DNA from: an uncultured Planctomycetia bacterium | Lineage (GTDB): Bacteria > Omnitrophota > Gorgyraeia > Tantalellales > Tantalellaceae | DNA length: 64,000 nucleotides | NCBI GenBank assembly: GCA_964565425.1 | Contig: CAZMEZ010000002.1 | Location: 13,953 to 77,952 of the forward strand | Reading direction: 5' to 3' | In this document: one piece after another, positions 27,001 through 30,000 of the stretch | How the letters are laid out: every line of letters starts with the position of its first letter | Numbering within the stretch: the stretch's first letter is position 1 | Position numbers and translations under genes: made by a program | The notes under the pieces: generated by a model | Seen by the model: only the letters and a program-made list of their open reading frames with translations | What the model was told of the DNA's origin: nothing | Database searches by the model: none

Positions 27001-30000
27001 TTCAGCGCCGCCATAAACGAGCGGTACGAACAATTAGAGGAAGGCGAGATAATCCGGCTCATGTCCGAGAAGGCGCTTAAAAAACTGGGGTCCGAGGATA
27101 TGATACCGGGCGCCATGACGGCGGACCAGCTCAGGGAATTCCTTGGCCGCGAAGGCAATTACCGCGAACAACTGCTGGTCAGGGTCAAACTTGTTTATGA
27201 TATCCTTGCGGTGGAGCAGATCCTGGACAGGATGAGCGGGGCCGGTTTCGGCAAAATAAAAGATGCGTTGTCTCTTCCGGATGACCTTAAACTTTGGGAC
27301 GCGCAGGCGGATGTCAGGTCTTTCAAATCCGGCGTGATAAGCAAACTCGGGGACGAAAGATTCAACGAACTGAAGGCGGAGTACGGCCTGCCCGATGACC
27401 TTGACAGGAAAGAACTTCTCGAGAACCCGGACCTTCTCGACGGGCGGTCCATCGACAGGATGGTCGCGGACCTCGTGAGGGAGGTCATCGACAGGGACCC
27501 CATCGAAAAGGGTATAATCAGGGCATATGATTTCATGCCGAGGCAGCAGGAATGGCTGGTCATAATAGGCGCCGACTGGGAAGACCATATCCGGCCGCTT
27601 GTCAAGGCGCTCCTGAGCATGCAATACCCGCTCAATAAGTACAAGTTCATATTTGCCGGTGAGACCTGGGACGACAGGACGGAAAAATCGGTAAGGGACG
27701 CGCGGATAAACGCCAGGAAAAAACTCATGGGCCTGGTGACTGAAGAGATAAAAGGAAGCCTTCCGGAACAATTCACGTTCGAAGGCGCTCCTGTCAGGGA
27801 AGAGAACGCGCTTTCCGCACGGGGCAGGGGGCTGCTCCCGAGGAGATTACGCGGTTTTATTACGCGCATTTTCGGCGCCAGGAGGGAGCCGTCGCAGGCA
27901 TACACCAAGCCCTTCGCGAACACGTTCGTCCTGAAAGATTCGGATGCCGCGGCCGGGGACATAAAAGATACGGAGGACCTGCCCGAGTCGCTCCAGACGC
28001 TGAAATTTGTCATGGGGTCCGCGGACGGTATCTCGGAGACAAGGCGTCTCAAACGTTCCTTTAGGAACAAATACATGGCGGAAGAGCCGGTCCGCAGCCA
28101 CAAACCGGACGAAGAAACGGCCACGAACGGCAAGATCTCCTATTACAGGAGGACGGTAGAGAACGCCGTCGAGACATACAATTACGGGTCATCCCCCGCG
28201 TGGATGAGGCTGCCCGACAGGACGCCCGCGCTGATCAGGCCGCTTTTAAGGATGCTGACCAGGCCTGTCATTTTCATGCTTCACGCGTTCGGTTACAGCG
28301 GCGAGATCCGGGGGCTCTCCTTCGAGGACAAGATAGCGTGTAACAGGTACAATCTTAAACGAGGAGACGTTTTAAAGAGACACATGAACTGGTTCGCCGC
28401 CGATACATTGCCCACGCTTATAAATATCATTGACAGCGGACGGCTTGACCTGCTTTCTCTGGGCATGTTATGGAAAAGGATAAAGAGCGAACGTGACGCG
28501 AAAGAAAGGAAGAAGCTGGTCAATCTTTACATAAGTCTTTCCAATATAAGCGGTTACGGACGCTTGGCTACGGATTTCCTTAACAGTGACGGTAAAAAAG
28601 AAGCCGAGGCCGCCTTTATCGAAGGCGTTATCTTCGGCGAGTTCGAAAGGATAAACGCGCCCAAGAACGGACAGGGGCGCCTGTCGCAGTCGAGGTCGGG
28701 CGCGCTGGCGCTTCCCTGGAGGAACGGCGCGTTCTTCGAAGGGGAATACGGCGCCTGGTACAACATGGGATGGGACGCTTTCCATGCCCTTCCTGACACC
28801 TTCAAGCCGCTGGGCGGAACGACAGGATGGTTCTGTACCGAGCCGGTCGAAGAGATCTACTGGGACGAGGTCGACTGGGCCTGCGTAAAGAACAAGCTCC
28901 CCGAAGGCTTCGAGTTCGACCCGGAAAACGCCAGGGGCGTTATGAAAGAGGAATACGGGGCCAAGAAAAAACTCACTACGATAGGCGCGTGGGACGAGAT
29001 GCAGGTCGCCGAAGACTACATGCTCGGGTTCCTGAGCTGGCTGTACGGCTTCAATATCGCCAGTTTCTATACCCTGACGCCGGAAGACGCGACCTCGACG
29101 ACCGGCATCACGATGAACACGAGGGCGCTCCAGACATCGCGCTGGAACAAGGGTTATATAATAGGCCTGGTGGTGCTCGCGACCAACCTGAGTGTTTTAA
29201 GAGAGGTCTTGAAGCGTAAGGGTTTTCTGGGGATGCTGACGTTTCTCGTTTCTACGCTTTCGAGCGCCATACACCCGCTTCTTTTCAGGATGGCCAGGGC
29301 GCTCACCGTATTGTGGTGCGCCTACTTCCTGCCGGTCGCGGGCGCGATATGGCTGTTTTTGAAATTCGCGCCCGGGGCGTTCCTGTCCGTCGAGAACGAG
29401 ACGAACCTCATGAGCGCGCTCAGCGCCTTCAAGGAATGGATAGGGGACGTGGTCCCGCAGGTATTCAACTCCATACCCATGGGATGGGGCTGGCTGGTAG
29501 GTCCGGCCATAGTCATAATACCGATATTGCTCCACAAGTTCTTCACGATGCTGTCGATGTTCATGAGGATAAACAGGCCGCTGAACCTGAAGAGGCAGGA
29601 GCAGGAGATATCCGAGGAATACATAAAGGGAACGCAGAAAAAAGGCGTAAGAGAGCTAATGAGGATCGTCAACGCGGGCCTGCTCGGCAAGCACGCCATG
29701 AACGGTTTTGTCGCGGCGTGCCTGATGGACGCGCAGATGAAAATGTCGCAACTTTCGGATGAAGAACGCGTTATGCTGGAGCTCTGGAAGAGGGTCAGGA
29801 TGATACTTGCCAGGCTTCCGGAGGAACTGAGCAGGGAAGACGCGAAAAGGTCCGTCCTGGCCAGAATGAAGGGGATGGATGCCTCTAACTTCAAGTTGCT
29901 GTGGAATTACATCGAGAAAAAGGAAGACGGCACTTATTCCATAGCTGAGGACGCGGCGCTGGGCTCCGTCACGTTGAATGCCATGCTCGATGTCTGGAAC